From positions 8,527-72,526 of the forward strand of contig QCUA01000001.1 of assembly GCA_003210915.1 (NCBI GenBank): DNA of 64,000 nucleotides, given 5' to 3'. Of the stretch, positions 50,695 to 62,088 are shown piece after piece. Within the stretch, counting starts at the first letter, position 1; each line of letters opens with the position of its first letter. This stretch comes from Prochlorococcus sp. AG-676-L21 (GTDB taxonomy: Bacteria; Cyanobacteriota; Cyanobacteriia; PCC-6307; Cyanobiaceae). The notes beneath the pieces are model-generated. The model did no database searches. It saw only the letters and a list, made by a program, of their open reading frames with translations, and was not told the DNA's origin. Position numbers and translations under genes: made by a program.

Positions 50695-52068
50695 CTAATT
50701 TTGTTTAATAAAGCGATCAGGTAGGACATCATATTTTAGAAGATCATGTGGACTTTCTCTTCTCTGGATAATCTCAGCTTCTCCATTGCAGACTAATATA
50801 GCAGCAGGTTTGGGAATTCTATTATAATTAGAACTCATAGAATTATTATATGCGCCAGTGCCAAAAACACATATCAAGTCTCCTGTTTGGCAATCACCAA
50901 GTTCAAGTTCTTTAAATAATACATCTCCAGATTCACAATGCTTCCCTGCAACTGTATATTTATTTTTGGAATCACTATTTAAAGGATTTTTTACTAAACA
51001 AGCAGAATAATTTGATTGATAAGTAATTGGTCTTGGATTATCACTCATTCCTCCATCTACCGATAAGTATGTCCTTATCCCTGGAACTTCTTTAAATGAG
51101 CCAATTTTGTATATAGTTACTCCAGCTGTTGAAACTATAGATCTTCCTGGCTCACACATAAGTATTGGTAAGTTTAAGTTGTTTTTATTACAAGCTTTTA
51201 CTACAGATAATGATAATGTTTTAATCCATTCATCAATAGAAGGAGGGTCGTCTTCCTCGGTATATTTAATTCCTAGGCCACCACCAACATTTAGTTCTTT
51301 TATATTGTGACCAAAAATTTTAGCTTGTAATAAAACGTTTACCATTATTTTTCCAAGGTCATTATGAGGATCTAGTTCAAAAATCTGAGAACCAATGTGA
51401 GCATGTAATCCTGTTAATTTAATATGTTTAGTTTTACTTATAACTTCGAATAGCTTACTTAATGATTCGATTCCAAATCCAAATTTACTATCAAAAGAAC
51501 CTGTTTTGATGTATTCATGAGTATGGCATTCAATTCCAGGTGTAAATCTAACCATTATTTCTATATCGTAATTAAAAGAATCAGATATCTTTTCTATTCT
51601 TTTTAAATCGTGGTCATTATCTACAATTACTTTGATCTTATTTTTTATCGCAAATTCAATTTCCTTATCAGATTTATTATTTCCATGAAAAACAATTTTT
51701 TCATTCGGTACGCCACCTCTTAAAGCTGTCAATAATTCTCCCTCTGAAACTGCATCGAGTCCAAACCCCTCTGATGCAATTAAATTACTCATAAATATTG
51801 AACTATTTGCCTTGGATGCATATATAGGAAGTGATGCTCCTGGATAATATTTTTCTAATGCTTTTTTATATGCTCTACAAGAATTTCTCAAAGTAGTCTC
51901 ATCCAACACATAAAGAGGTGAATCGTATTTTCTTACTAAATCTTCTAAAGAACAACCACCAATAGTTAAATTATTATAACTGTCAATAATAGTTGTGACA
52001 GGAACTATATTTTTATTGGGACTATTTGCATCGATTTTATTTTTTAAGAATGATGTTTTTACATTCAT
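50695..52068 (-). CDS. lysA: Diaminopimelate decarboxylase
   Basis: YASKA, HIGSQ, EPGRS, CESGD. Confidence 0.95.
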   Translation of the reverse strand: MNVKTSFLKNKIDANSPNKNIVPVTTIIDSYNNLTIGGCSLEDLVRKYDSPLYVLDETTLRNSCRAYKKALEKYYPGASLPIYASKANSSIFMSNLIASEGFGLDAVSEGELLTALRGGVPNEKIVFHGNNKSDKEIEFAIKNKIKVIVDNDHDLKRIEKISDSFNYDIEIMVRFTPGIECHTHEYIKTGSFDSKFGFGIESLSKLFEVISKTKHIKLTGLHAHIGSQIFELDPHNDLGKIMVNVLLQAKIFGHNIKELNVGGGLGIKYTEEDDPPSIDEWIKTLSLSVVKACNKNNLNLPILMCEPGRSIVSTAGVTIYKIGSFKEVPGIRTYLSVDGGMSDNPRPITYQSNYSACLVKNPLNSDSKNKYTVAGKHCESGDVLFKELELGDCQTGDLICVFGTGAYNNSMSSNYNRIPKPAAILVCNGEAEIIQRRESPHDLLKYDVLPDRFIKQN

Positions 52069-52160
52069 GGGGGACTCTTTTATATCCTCATTCTACAACT
52101 TTCAGAACATTTATAATAAATTAAATCTTAAAAACTCTCAAAAAAATAATATTTAGTTCG

Positions 52161-52598
52161 ATGATCTCAATTAAAGAAATAGATCAAAAAGAATTTGAAT
52201 TATGTTATGAATTAGATTCAGATACAATTTGTTTATGGACTAAGGAACAATGGCAAAGTGAGTTTAAGAAGAGAGGTGTCAAAGTAGTTGCGATGCTATT
52301 AAAAAAGAAAATAATTGGAATTTATGTGGTTCAAATAATAATTGACGAAGCTCAAATAAATTTTTTTTCAATAAAACAAAAATTTCGTAGAAAAGGTTTT
52401 GGCAGTTACCTTATGACATATTTGATAAAAGAATGTGAAAAACTAAATATAAAAAAATTATTGTTAGAAGTTTCGGAAACTAATTCAATTGCAGAGATGT
52501 TTTATTGCAAATTTAATTTTTTAACTGTTGGAAGAAGAAAAAACTATTATAAGAATGGTGCTGATGCTGTTTTAAAAGAAAAAAAATTCATAAAATAA
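52161..52598 (+). CDS. rimI: RimI-like GNAT acetyltransferase
   Basis: RRKGFG, LEV..N..A, RKNYY. Confidence 0.85.
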   Translation: MISIKEIDQKEFELCYELDSDTICLWTKEQWQSEFKKRGVKVVAMLLKKKIIGIYVVQIIIDEAQINFFSIKQKFRRKGFGSYLMTYLIKECEKLNIKKLLLEVSETNSIAEMFYCKFNFLTVGRRKNYYKNGADAVLKEKKFIK

Positions 52599-52779
52599 TT
52601 ATTAAAAAATTATTTGTGCGGATAACCAGAATCCTTGAAATCACTTTAATAAGCTGCTATAGCATCAATAAAGTAAATTCAGAGTGAATAATTTATACTT
52701 TTGGGTATTCACAAAAGCTCATTCTGAACACAAAATTGACTTAATACTGGTAGGTTATTAATAAGAAATTATTCCTTCA

Positions 52780-55308
52780 ATGTTTGAAAGATTTACAGAA
52801 AAGGCTATTAAAGTCATTATGCTTGCTCAAGAAGAAGCCAGAAGACTTGGACATAATTTTGTTGGAACAGAACAGATTCTTTTAGGTTTAATTGGTGAGG
52901 GTACGGGAGTAGCCGCAAAGGTTCTTAAATCACTGGGTGTAAATTTAAAAGATTCAAGAATAGAAGTTGAGAAAATAATTGGTAGAGGTTCAGGCTTTGT
53001 GGCAGTTGAAATCCCTTTTACCCCAAGAGCTAAAAGAGTTTTAGAATTGTCTTTAGAAGAAGCTCGCCAGTTAGGTCATAACTATATAGGTACAGAGCAT
53101 TTACTTTTAGGTTTAATTAGGGAAGGTGAAGGAGTCGCGGCAAGAGTTTTAGAAAATCTTGGCATAGACTTGACGAAAGTCAGAACTCAAGTAGTACGAA
53201 TGCTTGGAGAAACTGCTGAAGTTGGTTCAGGTGTTTCTTCAAATAAAGGAAATTTAAAGACAGCTACTCTTGACGAATTTGGTACAAATCTAACAAAACT
53301 GGCAAGTGAATCAAAACTTGATCCGGTTGTTGGACGATATGCTGAAATAGATAGAGTTATTCAAATCTTAGGTAGAAGAACTAAAAATAATCCTGTTCTT
53401 ATAGGTGAGCCTGGAGTAGGAAAAACAGCTATAGCTGAAGGATTAGCACAAAGAATTCAATTAGGAGAAATTCCTGATATTCTTGAAGATAAAAGAGTAT
53501 TAACTCTAGATATCGGTCTTCTTGTAGCAGGAACTAAATACAGAGGTGAATTTGAAGAAAGATTGAAAAAAATAATGGAAGAAATTAAATCTGCTGGTAA
53601 CGTTATATTAGTGATTGATGAAGTTCACACGCTAATCGGAGCAGGAGCTGCTGAAGGTGCAATTGACGCTGCAAACATATTAAAACCAGCTTTAGCCCGA
53701 GGGGAGCTCCAATGTATAGGAGCTACAACTCTTGATGAATATAGAAAGCATATTGAAAGAGATGCTGCTCTTGAAAGAAGATTTCAACCGGTAATGGTTG
53801 GAGAGCCATCTATCGAAGATACTATCGAAATTTTAAAAGGTTTAAGGGAACGTTACGAGCAACATCACCGCTTAAAAATCACTGATGAAGCTTTAGAGGC
53901 AGCGGCTCATTTAGGTGATCGCTATATCTCTGACAGGTTTTTACCAGACAAAGCTATAGATCTCATAGATGAGGCTGGAAGTAGAGTAAGGTTGATTAAT
54001 TCTAAACTTCCTCCTGAAGCAAAACAAATTGATAAAGAATTAAGAGAAATTCAAAAACAAAAAGAAGAATCAGTAAGAGATCAAAATTTCGATCAAGCTG
54101 GTCAGTTAAGAGAAAAAGAAATTGAATTGTCTGCAAAAATAAAAGAACTTTTAGAAAACAAAAAAGAAAGTTCAGAAAAAAATGATACAAATAATGCTAT
54201 AGAAACTAAAAATGATAATTCAAATATTATTCAAAACCCCCTTGTAAGTGAGGAAGATGTGGCTCACATAGTTGCTTCTTGGACTGGCGTTCCCGTTCAG
54301 AAATTAACAGAAACTGAGTCAGTCAAACTTCTTAATATGGAAGAGACGTTACATCAAAGGTTAATAGGACAAGATGAGGCTGTTAAAGCCGTATCAAGAG
54401 CTATTAGAAGAGCTAGAGTCGGGTTGAAGAATCCAAATAGACCTATCGCAAGTTTTATTTTTTCAGGACCTACTGGTGTTGGGAAAACAGAATTAACTAA
54501 ATCTTTAGCTTCATATTTCTTTGGCAGTGAAGAAGCCATGATCAGATTAGATATGTCTGAATTTATGGAAAGACATACTGTCAGTAAATTAATTGGATCT
54601 CCTCCAGGATACGTAGGTTTTAATGAAGGAGGTCAACTTACTGAGGCGGTAAGAAGAAGGCCATATACAGTAGTACTCTTTGATGAAGTTGAGAAGGCTC
54701 ATCCAGACGTTTTTAATTTACTATTACAACTACTAGAAGACGGTAGATTAACAGACTCAAAAGGTAGAACAGTCGACTTTAAAAATACACTTTTAATAAT
54801 GACTTCTAATATTGGCTCTAAAGTAATTGAGAAAGGTGGTGGAGGTTTAGGCTTCGAATTCTCAGGAGATTCAGTTGAAGATGGTCAATACAATAGGATA
54901 AAATCACTAGTAAACGAGGAATTAAAACAATATTTTAGACCAGAATTTTTAAATAGACTCGATGAAATAATTGTCTTTAGGCAATTAACTAAAAATGAAG
55001 TTAAAGATATTGCAGAAATAATGTTAAAAGAAGTTTTTTCTCGATTAAACGATAAGGGTATAAAATTAGATGTCACTGAATCATTTAAAGAAAGGCTTGT
55101 TGAAGAAGGATATAATCCTGCTTATGGGGCAAGGCCTTTAAGAAGAGCGGTTATGCGATTATTAGAGGATAGTTTAGCTGAAGAAGTTTTATCAGGAAGA
55201 ATAAAAGATGGAGATAAAGCTTTAGTTGATATTGACGAGAATAAGAAAGTTATAGTAAATATCTCCTCAGAAGAATCTTCTCAAGAATTAGCTGGGGCTA
55301 ATTTTTAA
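52780..55308 (+). CDS. clpC: Clp protease ATP-binding subunit
   Basis: MFERFTEKA, two AAA+ modules. Confidence 0.97.
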   Translation: MFERFTEKAIKVIMLAQEEARRLGHNFVGTEQILLGLIGEGTGVAAKVLKSLGVNLKDSRIEVEKIIGRGSGFVAVEIPFTPRAKRVLELSLEEARQLGHNYIGTEHLLLGLIREGEGVAARVLENLGIDLTKVRTQVVRMLGETAEVGSGVSSNKGNLKTATLDEFGTNLTKLASESKLDPVVGRYAEIDRVIQILGRRTKNNPVLIGEPGVGKTAIAEGLAQRIQLGEIPDILEDKRVLTLDIGLLVAGTKYRGEFEERLKKIMEEIKSAGNVILVIDEVHTLIGAGAAEGAIDAANILKPALARGELQCIGATTLDEYRKHIERDAALERRFQPVMVGEPSIEDTIEILKGLRERYEQHHRLKITDEALEAAAHLGDRYISDRFLPDKAIDLIDEAGSRVRLINSKLPPEAKQIDKELREIQKQKEESVRDQNFDQAGQLREKEIELSAKIKELLENKKESSEKNDTNNAIETKNDNSNIIQNPLVSEEDVAHIVASWTGVPVQKLTETESVKLLNMEETLHQRLIGQDEAVKAVSRAIRRARVGLKNPNRPIASFIFSGPTGVGKTELTKSLASYFFGSEEAMIRLDMSEFMERHTVSKLIGSPPGYVGFNEGGQLTEAVRRRPYTVVLFDEVEKAHPDVFNLLLQLLEDGRLTDSKGRTVDFKNTLLIMTSNIGSKVIEKGGGGLGFEFSGDSVEDGQYNRIKSLVNEELKQYFRPEFLNRLDEIIVFRQLTKNEVKDIAEIMLKEVFSRLNDKGIKLDVTESFKERLVEEGYNPAYGARPLRRAVMRLLEDSLAEEVLSGRIKDGDKALVDIDENKKVIVNISSEESSQELAGANF

Positions 55309-55322
55309 ACCTTAGATTCCAT

Positions 55323-56417
55323 ATGCAGTTAATATCTCCAGAAAAAATATTCAGGGGAAATGGTGCTTGGTTAAAGGCCTTACCACATATTAAACAACTT
55401 TCTAAGAGACCCTTGATTTTAGGAAGAAGTTTGTCAACAAATAATTTAAGGCAACAAGTTCAAAAAGATTTATACGATGAGAATCTTTCTATATATTCAT
55501 CTAACCTGCAATTCGATTGTTGTCATGAAGATCTTGAAAGAATAAGAAGAATTATACTCAAAAATAATTGTGATTCTATTATTGCAATAGGAGGTGGTAA
55601 AGTTTTAGATTCAGGAAAATTTTTAGCAGATGCACTTTCTATTCCAGTTATCACTATTCCTTTAAGTGCATCAACTTGTGCAGGTTGGACTGCGTTATCA
55701 AATATTTATTCAATTAATGGGCAATTCATTAAAGATGTTGAGTTGAAGTCTTGTCCTAAAATATTGGTTCTTGATCATGGATTTATTAAAACAGCTCCAA
55801 AGAGGACACTTGCTAGCGGAATAGCTGATGCTTTGGCAAAATGGTACGAATCTTCTTTAACTAGTTCAAAAGTAGAAGATGGACTTGTCCAACAAACAAT
55901 TCAAATATCAAGAGTCTTAAGAGATCAATTACTTATTGATGGAGAAAGTGCTTATCATAGTAAGTCTATTCATGATGTTGCTTGGGCCAATGTTGTAGAA
56001 GGATGTTCACTTACTGCTGGTTTGATTGGGGGAATTGGTGGACAAAAGTGTAGAACAGCAGCTGCTCATGCTTTTCACAATGCTATTACTCAGATAGTTG
56101 CAACTAATAAGTCATTACATGGAGAAATTGTTGGAGTTGGAATATTGTTGCAATTAAGATTAGAAGAAACTAAAAATAATAATAAATTAGCTAATCAAAC
56201 TATAAAACAGCTACTATTATTAATGAAAAAATTGAATTTACCAACTACTATCTCCGAATTAGGGATAAATGTTTTTGAAAATAACAATTTACAAAAAATT
56301 GCTGAATTTACATGCAGGGATGAATCGGAGATTCATTTTTTACCTTTTAAAATTAGTCAGCAAGATATAATGGATACTATTACAAATTTTGAAAGACAAA
56401 AAATTGAAATATCATAA
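55323..56417 (+). CDS. gldA: Glycerol dehydrogenase family protein
   Basis: GGGKVLD, GIADALAKWYE, HGEIV. Confidence 0.85.
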   Translation: MQLISPEKIFRGNGAWLKALPHIKQLSKRPLILGRSLSTNNLRQQVQKDLYDENLSIYSSNLQFDCCHEDLERIRRIILKNNCDSIIAIGGGKVLDSGKFLADALSIPVITIPLSASTCAGWTALSNIYSINGQFIKDVELKSCPKILVLDHGFIKTAPKRTLASGIADALAKWYESSLTSSKVEDGLVQQTIQISRVLRDQLLIDGESAYHSKSIHDVAWANVVEGCSLTAGLIGGIGGQKCRTAAAHAFHNAITQIVATNKSLHGEIVGVGILLQLRLEETKNNNKLANQTIKQLLLLMKKLNLPTTISELGINVFENNNLQKIAEFTCRDESEIHFLPFKISQQDIMDTITNFERQKIEIS

Positions 56418-56422
56418 ATACT

Positions 56423-57322
56423 TTGAATAAGAATATTTATAAGGATTTTAATAAGCTTAATATTGATTACTTTGAAAAAGTTAAAAAATCCCTATATGAT
56501 CCATTAGGGAAAAATATATCTAATGATGTTAATTGGATAAAACTTAATAAAAAATGGAATTCTTCTGAATTTCCAGTGGTTATTACAGGAACTGGTAAAC
56601 CTATACTTTTCTTGCATGGATTTGATAGTAGTTTTCTCGAATTCAGGAGAATATATCCATTTTTAAAAAATAAATTCCAATTAATAATTCCTGATTTACT
56701 GGGATTTGGATTTACTCCTAGGATTGCTTCCGATCAATATAATCCTCATAAAATAATTTCTAATCTTCTAGATATTATTAATACTCTAAAATTAAATAAT
56801 AGGTTAATGATTGTAGGTTCCTCTATGGGAGGATCCGTAGCGATAAACTTAGCGAAGGAAATCCCAGATCTCATTGATAAGATAATTCTTTTATCTCCAG
56901 CGGGGTTGTTTGGAGAATCCAAAAATATTCCTTTCCCATTTAACCAGATCGGAGCGTCCTTTTTAGGATTGTCTCAAGTAAGAAAAAGTCTTTGTAGGCA
57001 AGCTTTTGCTTATCCAGATAAAAGTGTTGGTTTAATGGAAGAACAAATTGCTTCGATTCATTTAGGGTGCTCTGGTTGGAGAAATTCGTTAGCTTCTTTT
57101 GCAAAGAGTGGTGGATTTGCAGGAACATATAAATACATCCAAAATTTTTCAATTAAAACTATTTGTGGGGAGAATGATCGTATCCTTGGTAAAAAAGAAA
57201 TTAATAAAATAAAACAAATAGATCAATTTAATTTTATAGGGTTGAAAAACTGTGGTCACCTTCCACATGTAGATTTGCCAGCATTATCTAGCAAGATTAT
57301 TTTCGATTATTTTTGCTCTTAG
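56423..57322 (+). CDS. Alpha/beta hydrolase
   Basis: LHGFDSS, GSSMGG, GHLPH. Confidence 0.9.
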   Translation: MNKNIYKDFNKLNIDYFEKVKKSLYDPLGKNISNDVNWIKLNKKWNSSEFPVVITGTGKPILFLHGFDSSFLEFRRIYPFLKNKFQLIIPDLLGFGFTPRIASDQYNPHKIISNLLDIINTLKLNNRLMIVGSSMGGSVAINLAKEIPDLIDKIILLSPAGLFGESKNIPFPFNQIGASFLGLSQVRKSLCRQAFAYPDKSVGLMEEQIASIHLGCSGWRNSLASFAKSGGFAGTYKYIQNFSIKTICGENDRILGKKEINKIKQIDQFNFIGLKNCGHLPHVDLPALSSKIIFDYFCS

Positions 57323-57484
57323 CAAAAGTATTATTAATAATGGAATTTAACATGATATTTTTAGAGTATATTAAAAATAAAAATAAGATATATCTACCTT
57401 TAGATAAAAACGTTTAAATTAATAGTTGTAATATAAAATTGAAATAATAAATATAGATTTATCTTCAAAGGTAATACTTGAAAA

Positions 57485-58342
57485 TCAATTAAAAAACTTA
57501 AAAATTATAATAATATAATAAATAACTGAAGGGGTAAATATATAACTATCAATTCTATCAAGTATGCCACCATGACCAGGTAAAAAAGTTCCGGAATCTT
57601 TTATTTTTGCATCCCTTTTCATCATTGATTCAATCAAATCTCCTACTAATGCCATAAGGGAAACTAATATTCCATAAAAAATACCAATTATGAATGGATT
57701 CTGCCAATTAAGTAAAAAAGCAAAAAAGGTTGCTACTGAAATTGAGCATATTATTCCTCCTATCAATCCTTCGATAGTTTTACTTGGAGATATAGGGGAA
57801 AGAGCCCTTTCCCCAAATGCCTTTCCAATAAAATAAGAGCCAATATCACTTGCAACAATTAATAAACAAGAAATTAAGGTTACATAAAGACCTGTAGAAT
57901 TTGAGAAGTTTTCAAAGGATAATATTCCATCGTAGGAATTATTTATAGTCGATTTTATTGCTCTTAATTTAATCCAATAACTAGGTAAAAAACCTAAATA
58001 AAATAAGCCGAAAATAGATGCTGCAATATCAGAAATAGTTCCTGACTTGGGTTGCAGCAATAACCACGTACATATTCCTACTGAGCATATTGGTAATATT
58101 GAGTGGGATATCTCTTTATCAAGAAATCCAACAGCTTCTAGATATGTAGAAATTGTAATTATGAAACATGAAAATAATGTAGATTTGGTTGCTGGTTTAA
58201 TTCCAGTGAATTCTGCCATTCTAAAAAATTCGAGAAGTGCAATATAAGTAAGTAATGCAATTGCTATTGTGAAGTACCATCCGCCTAACAAAACAACAAC
58301 CAAGCCAAATAATCCGATTAGTAACCCACTTCGCAATCTCAT
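57485..58342 (-). CDS. cdsA: Phosphatidate cytidylyltransferase
   Basis: ISPSKTIEG, KDSG..PGHGGILDRIDS. Confidence 0.95.
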   Translation of the reverse strand: MRLRSGLLIGLFGLVVVLLGGWYFTIAIALLTYIALLEFFRMAEFTGIKPATKSTLFSCFIITISTYLEAVGFLDKEISHSILPICSVGICTWLLLQPKSGTISDIAASIFGLFYLGFLPSYWIKLRAIKSTINNSYDGILSFENFSNSTGLYVTLISCLLIVASDIGSYFIGKAFGERALSPISPSKTIEGLIGGIICSISVATFFAFLLNWQNPFIIGIFYGILVSLMALVGDLIESMMKRDAKIKDSGTFLPGHGGILDRIDSYIFTPSVIYYIIIIFKFFN

Positions 58343-58351
58343 ATTTGATTT

Positions 58352-59749
58352 TTAGTTATGTAAGACTCTTATATAAGAATTTAACAGATCTTCGTTGTAC
58401 AAACTTTGAGCTTCTATCCAATCTATTCTTTCTTTGTCTATTCTCTCACCAGGAACAATTAAAGGTATTCCAGGAGGATAAGGACAAATAATATCTCCAG
58501 AAATTTTTCCTAAGGATTCAACTAGAGGAATATTATAAGTCTTACTTTTCCATGCAACTCCTATTGGTATTTCTGGTGATTGAACTAATCTAAAAGGTGG
58601 TTTTATAGCTTTTAAATCATATGATTTTTTAGTATTAATTAGTAGCTTTTTCCATAATTTTTGAAGCAAAAAAGTAAAATCTTTTTGATTTGAAAAACCA
58701 AGACAAAAAGTAAGCGTCATCATTTCAGGTAATTCAGCAATTAATCCGTTTTTATAAAAAAATCTATCTGCAGTAAAGCCATCAATTCCAAATTTAGAGG
58801 TATTTAGTACTATTTTTAAAGGATCTTGAGTTTCAATAAGAGGTATCTTTTTTTTAATTAATTCATTGAAGATTGATTTTGCTTCTAAAATTCTATTTTT
58901 GTATTTATTAAGATTATCCTTATTAAGCCATTCTTTAATGGACTCCTCACAAGAAGAAAGCAAGAGAGCATTAGGACTAGTAGTTTGTAATAAATTTATG
59001 CTTTTGATTAATTTATTTTCTTCTATAAGATTCCCATTATGCCAAATTACGGCTGTTTGAGTTAGTCCATTAAGTGACTTATGTAATGAATGTACTACTA
59101 AATCTGCTTTTGCTCTTAAGGCTGATGTCGGTAAATTATAGTTTTCACAAAAAAGAAAATACGAACCATGGGCTTCATCAACTAAAACAGGTAAATTATG
59201 TAGATGACAAATTTTAATTAAAGGTTTAAGATCCGTTGCATAACCTTGATAGTAAGGACTAACTAGTATGACTCCTACAATTTTAGTCTTGTCAAAATCT
59301 ATATTGTTGAATACATTTGTAAACCACTTTTTAGTGATTGGCATGTAATGTCCAGTAACTTCAGAAAACTCTATGTCAAAGAATATTGGAATAATATTCT
59401 GCAAAGCACAAGCTTTAATAACACTAATATGAACATTTCTTGGCATAAGAATATATTCACCAGGATTAGCCATAGCGATTATTCCTGACTGAATTAAACC
59501 AGACGCTCCATTTACTCCAAAAAAACATTTTTGTGAATTTACTTTTTTTGAAATTGATATTTGGGCATCATGTACTAATCCACTATTGGATAATGGAGAA
59601 CCTATCTCAGGAAGTTCTGGTAAATCCCAAAAACCTGGTTGTTTTTTCAATAATCTAATCAAGCCTTTTGGTAAAGCTTTCCCTCTGTTGTGTGCAGGGA
59701 AAAAAAGTGACTTTAAAAACTTTTTAGTTAGAAAATAAGAAATACTCAT
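58352..59749 (-). CDS. Orn/Lys/Arg decarboxylase family PLP enzyme
   Basis: VDEAHG, SLHKSL, PYPPGIP. Confidence 0.9.
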   Translation of the reverse strand: MSISYFLTKKFLKSLFFPAHNRGKALPKGLIRLLKKQPGFWDLPELPEIGSPLSNSGLVHDAQISISKKVNSQKCFFGVNGASGLIQSGIIAMANPGEYILMPRNVHISVIKACALQNIIPIFFDIEFSEVTGHYMPITKKWFTNVFNNIDFDKTKIVGVILVSPYYQGYATDLKPLIKICHLHNLPVLVDEAHGSYFLFCENYNLPTSALRAKADLVVHSLHKSLNGLTQTAVIWHNGNLIEENKLIKSINLLQTTSPNALLLSSCEESIKEWLNKDNLNKYKNRILEAKSIFNELIKKKIPLIETQDPLKIVLNTSKFGIDGFTADRFFYKNGLIAELPEMMTLTFCLGFSNQKDFTFLLQKLWKKLLINTKKSYDLKAIKPPFRLVQSPEIPIGVAWKSKTYNIPLVESLGKISGDIICPYPPGIPLIVPGERIDKERIDWIEAQSLYNEDLLNSYIRVLHN

Positions 59750-59813
59750 AAAGTATTATTGGCACATATAGAATGTATTGAAAAGAAATTCTTCTTTAAT
59801 ATTTTAAATGTAA

Positions 59814-61472
59814 ATGGCAACTTCTTATTCAAAATATTCACCTAAAGGAGATATGATTTGGTTGATCTTAAGGCCATGGATATTATTACCAAGAGTTTTA
59901 TATATACTTTTAACTTTAATTTTTCTTTTATTAAGATTACTATTCCAAGGTAAAAGTAATAGTAAGAATGTACAAAAAAATCTTTCAAAATACCTTTTTG
60001 ATGTTATTACCGATTTGGGCCCATGCTTTATTAAATTAGGGCAAGCACTTTCAACTAGACCAGATCTTGTAAGGCAAGATTGGCTAACAGAACTTACAAA
60101 TCTACAGGATAATCTCCCACCTTTTGATCATAAAATAGCTCTAGAAATAATTGAAGATGAACTGGGATTTCCTGCAAATGAATTATTTGATGATTTTCCA
60201 GATCAACCTATTGCATCAGCAAGCTTAGGGATAGTTTATAAAGCAAAAACAAAAAATAATAATTTTTGTGCTGTAAAAGTACAAAGACCTAATTTATATT
60301 TTCTTATTAGACGAGATATTGTAATTCTAAAAATTTTAGCAACTACTTTAGGATCATATTTACCACTTAATATAGGTGTTGGTATTGGAGAAATAATAGA
60401 TGAATTTGGTAAAGCCCTTTTTGATGAAATTGATTATGAGCAAGAAGGAAAAAATGCATTGAAGTTTGCCGATTTTTTCAAATCTAATCCTAATGTATTT
60501 GTACCAAAATTAGAAAAAGATTTCTCCTCAAAAAGGGTTATTACAACATCTTGGATTGATGGTGTTAAATTAAGGGACAGAGAAATTTTAGAGAAAAATA
60601 ATTTGATACCTTCTTCATATATTAGAACTTGCGTGATAAGTGGACTTCAACAATTATTCGAATATGGTTATTTTCATGCAGATCCCCATCCTGGAAACAT
60701 GTTTGCTCTTAAAGGAGGAAGTTTAGATTATGGACACTTAGCTTATGTTGATTTTGGGATGATGGATACTATTACAAATTCAGATAGGCTTACCCTTATT
60801 AAGGCAATTGTGCATTTAATAAATCAAGAATATTTACTTATGGCTAAAGATTTTCAGAAATTAGGTTTCTTAACCAAAGAACAAGATCTTGAACAACTTG
60901 TAGAACCGCTAAAAGAAGTCCTTGGTGGATCATTTGGGGCCGAGGTGGGCAGTTTTAATTTAAAAAATGTAACTGATAAATTCTCAAAACTTATGTATTC
61001 TTATCCCTTTAGAGTTCCAAGTAGGTTCGCATTAATAATTAGAGCTGTTGTAAGTCAAGAAGGTTTAGCTTTGAGACTTGATCCTGAATTTAAGATTTTA
61101 AAAATTGCATATCCATATATTGCAAAAAAACTTTTAACAGATAATTCGGATGAAATTGTAAATATTCTTCTCGAAGTTGTATTTGATAATGAAGGAAGGA
61201 TACAGATAGATAAGCTTGAAAGTTTATTAAATACCTTATTTAAGGATACTGAAAATATTAATACAGATCTCATACCAGTTGCTAATGCAGGTTTGAAACT
61301 ATTTGTAAGTGAAAAAGGATCTGAAGTTAGGAAAAACCTTTTATTAAGCATCATTAAGGATGATAGATTAGAATTCAAAGACGCAGAAAAACTCTTAATT
61401 TTACTTAGAAATACTTTTAGTCCTTTAAAATTGGCCAAAAGTGCTTTTCAAAATATTATATCTCCGGCTTAG
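59814..61472 (+). CDS. ABC1/AarF/UbiB family kinase
   Basis: IKLGQALSTRPD, HADPHPGN, DFGM. Confidence 0.93.
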   Translation: MATSYSKYSPKGDMIWLILRPWILLPRVLYILLTLIFLLLRLLFQGKSNSKNVQKNLSKYLFDVITDLGPCFIKLGQALSTRPDLVRQDWLTELTNLQDNLPPFDHKIALEIIEDELGFPANELFDDFPDQPIASASLGIVYKAKTKNNNFCAVKVQRPNLYFLIRRDIVILKILATTLGSYLPLNIGVGIGEIIDEFGKALFDEIDYEQEGKNALKFADFFKSNPNVFVPKLEKDFSSKRVITTSWIDGVKLRDREILEKNNLIPSSYIRTCVISGLQQLFEYGYFHADPHPGNMFALKGGSLDYGHLAYVDFGMMDTITNSDRLTLIKAIVHLINQEYLLMAKDFQKLGFLTKEQDLEQLVEPLKEVLGGSFGAEVGSFNLKNVTDKFSKLMYSYPFRVPSRFALIIRAVVSQEGLALRLDPEFKILKIAYPYIAKKLLTDNSDEIVNILLEVVFDNEGRIQIDKLESLLNTLFKDTENINTDLIPVANAGLKLFVSEKGSEVRKNLLLSIIKDDRLEFKDAEKLLILLRNTFSPLKLAKSAFQNIISPA

Positions 61473-61584
61473 TTTATGGTTTTATATCAACTAATTAAAT
61501 TATAATTTTTGATTTATAAATTGTTTAAAATTGACTAAAACCTTTAGATACATAAATTGAATAAACAAAGAATAACAAAATCTA

Positions 61585-62073
61585 ATGAGAATATTCAATA
61601 TTAATTTTCCAAAAAATAAAAAAGTAATATTAGAGGAAAATAATAATAGTAAAAAATATGATCGATATGGTGAAATTGGAAAATTAGTAAAAGAAGCAAG
61701 GATTCAAAATAATCTTTCTATTAAAGAATTATCTAATATCTCTAAAATTCCAGAATCTTCTATAAATTCAATTGAGAATAATATTAAAGAACTTAGACCT
61801 AGAGATCCTTTTCTAAGGTCAATATTATTTAAGCTGGAAAAATGTTTATCTTTGAAAAATAATGCCTTGGTAGGGTTAAGAATTCAAGAAATAAATACTT
61901 TCGAAAAAAATAAAAAGAAATACTTTTTAAGGAAGTTTGATTTTCTAAATTCCTGGCAGGGAACGTTTTTTTATTTTTTATTTTTAATTTTGATATTATT
62001 TTTTCTTAATCGATACTTTATTTCAAATATCAATATTATTGAGATTCAAATTATTGAGGAAAAAGTAAAATAA
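61585..62073 (+). CDS. HTH protein with C-terminal TM (RodZ-like)
   Basis: IG..VKEAR...LSIKELS HTH plus TM helix. Confidence 0.7.
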   Translation: MRIFNINFPKNKKVILEENNNSKKYDRYGEIGKLVKEARIQNNLSIKELSNISKIPESSINSIENNIKELRPRDPFLRSILFKLEKCLSLKNNALVGLRIQEINTFEKNKKKYFLRKFDFLNSWQGTFFYFLFLILILFFLNRYFISNINIIEIQIIEEKVK

Positions 62074-62088
62074 AATTTATCTGGGGAT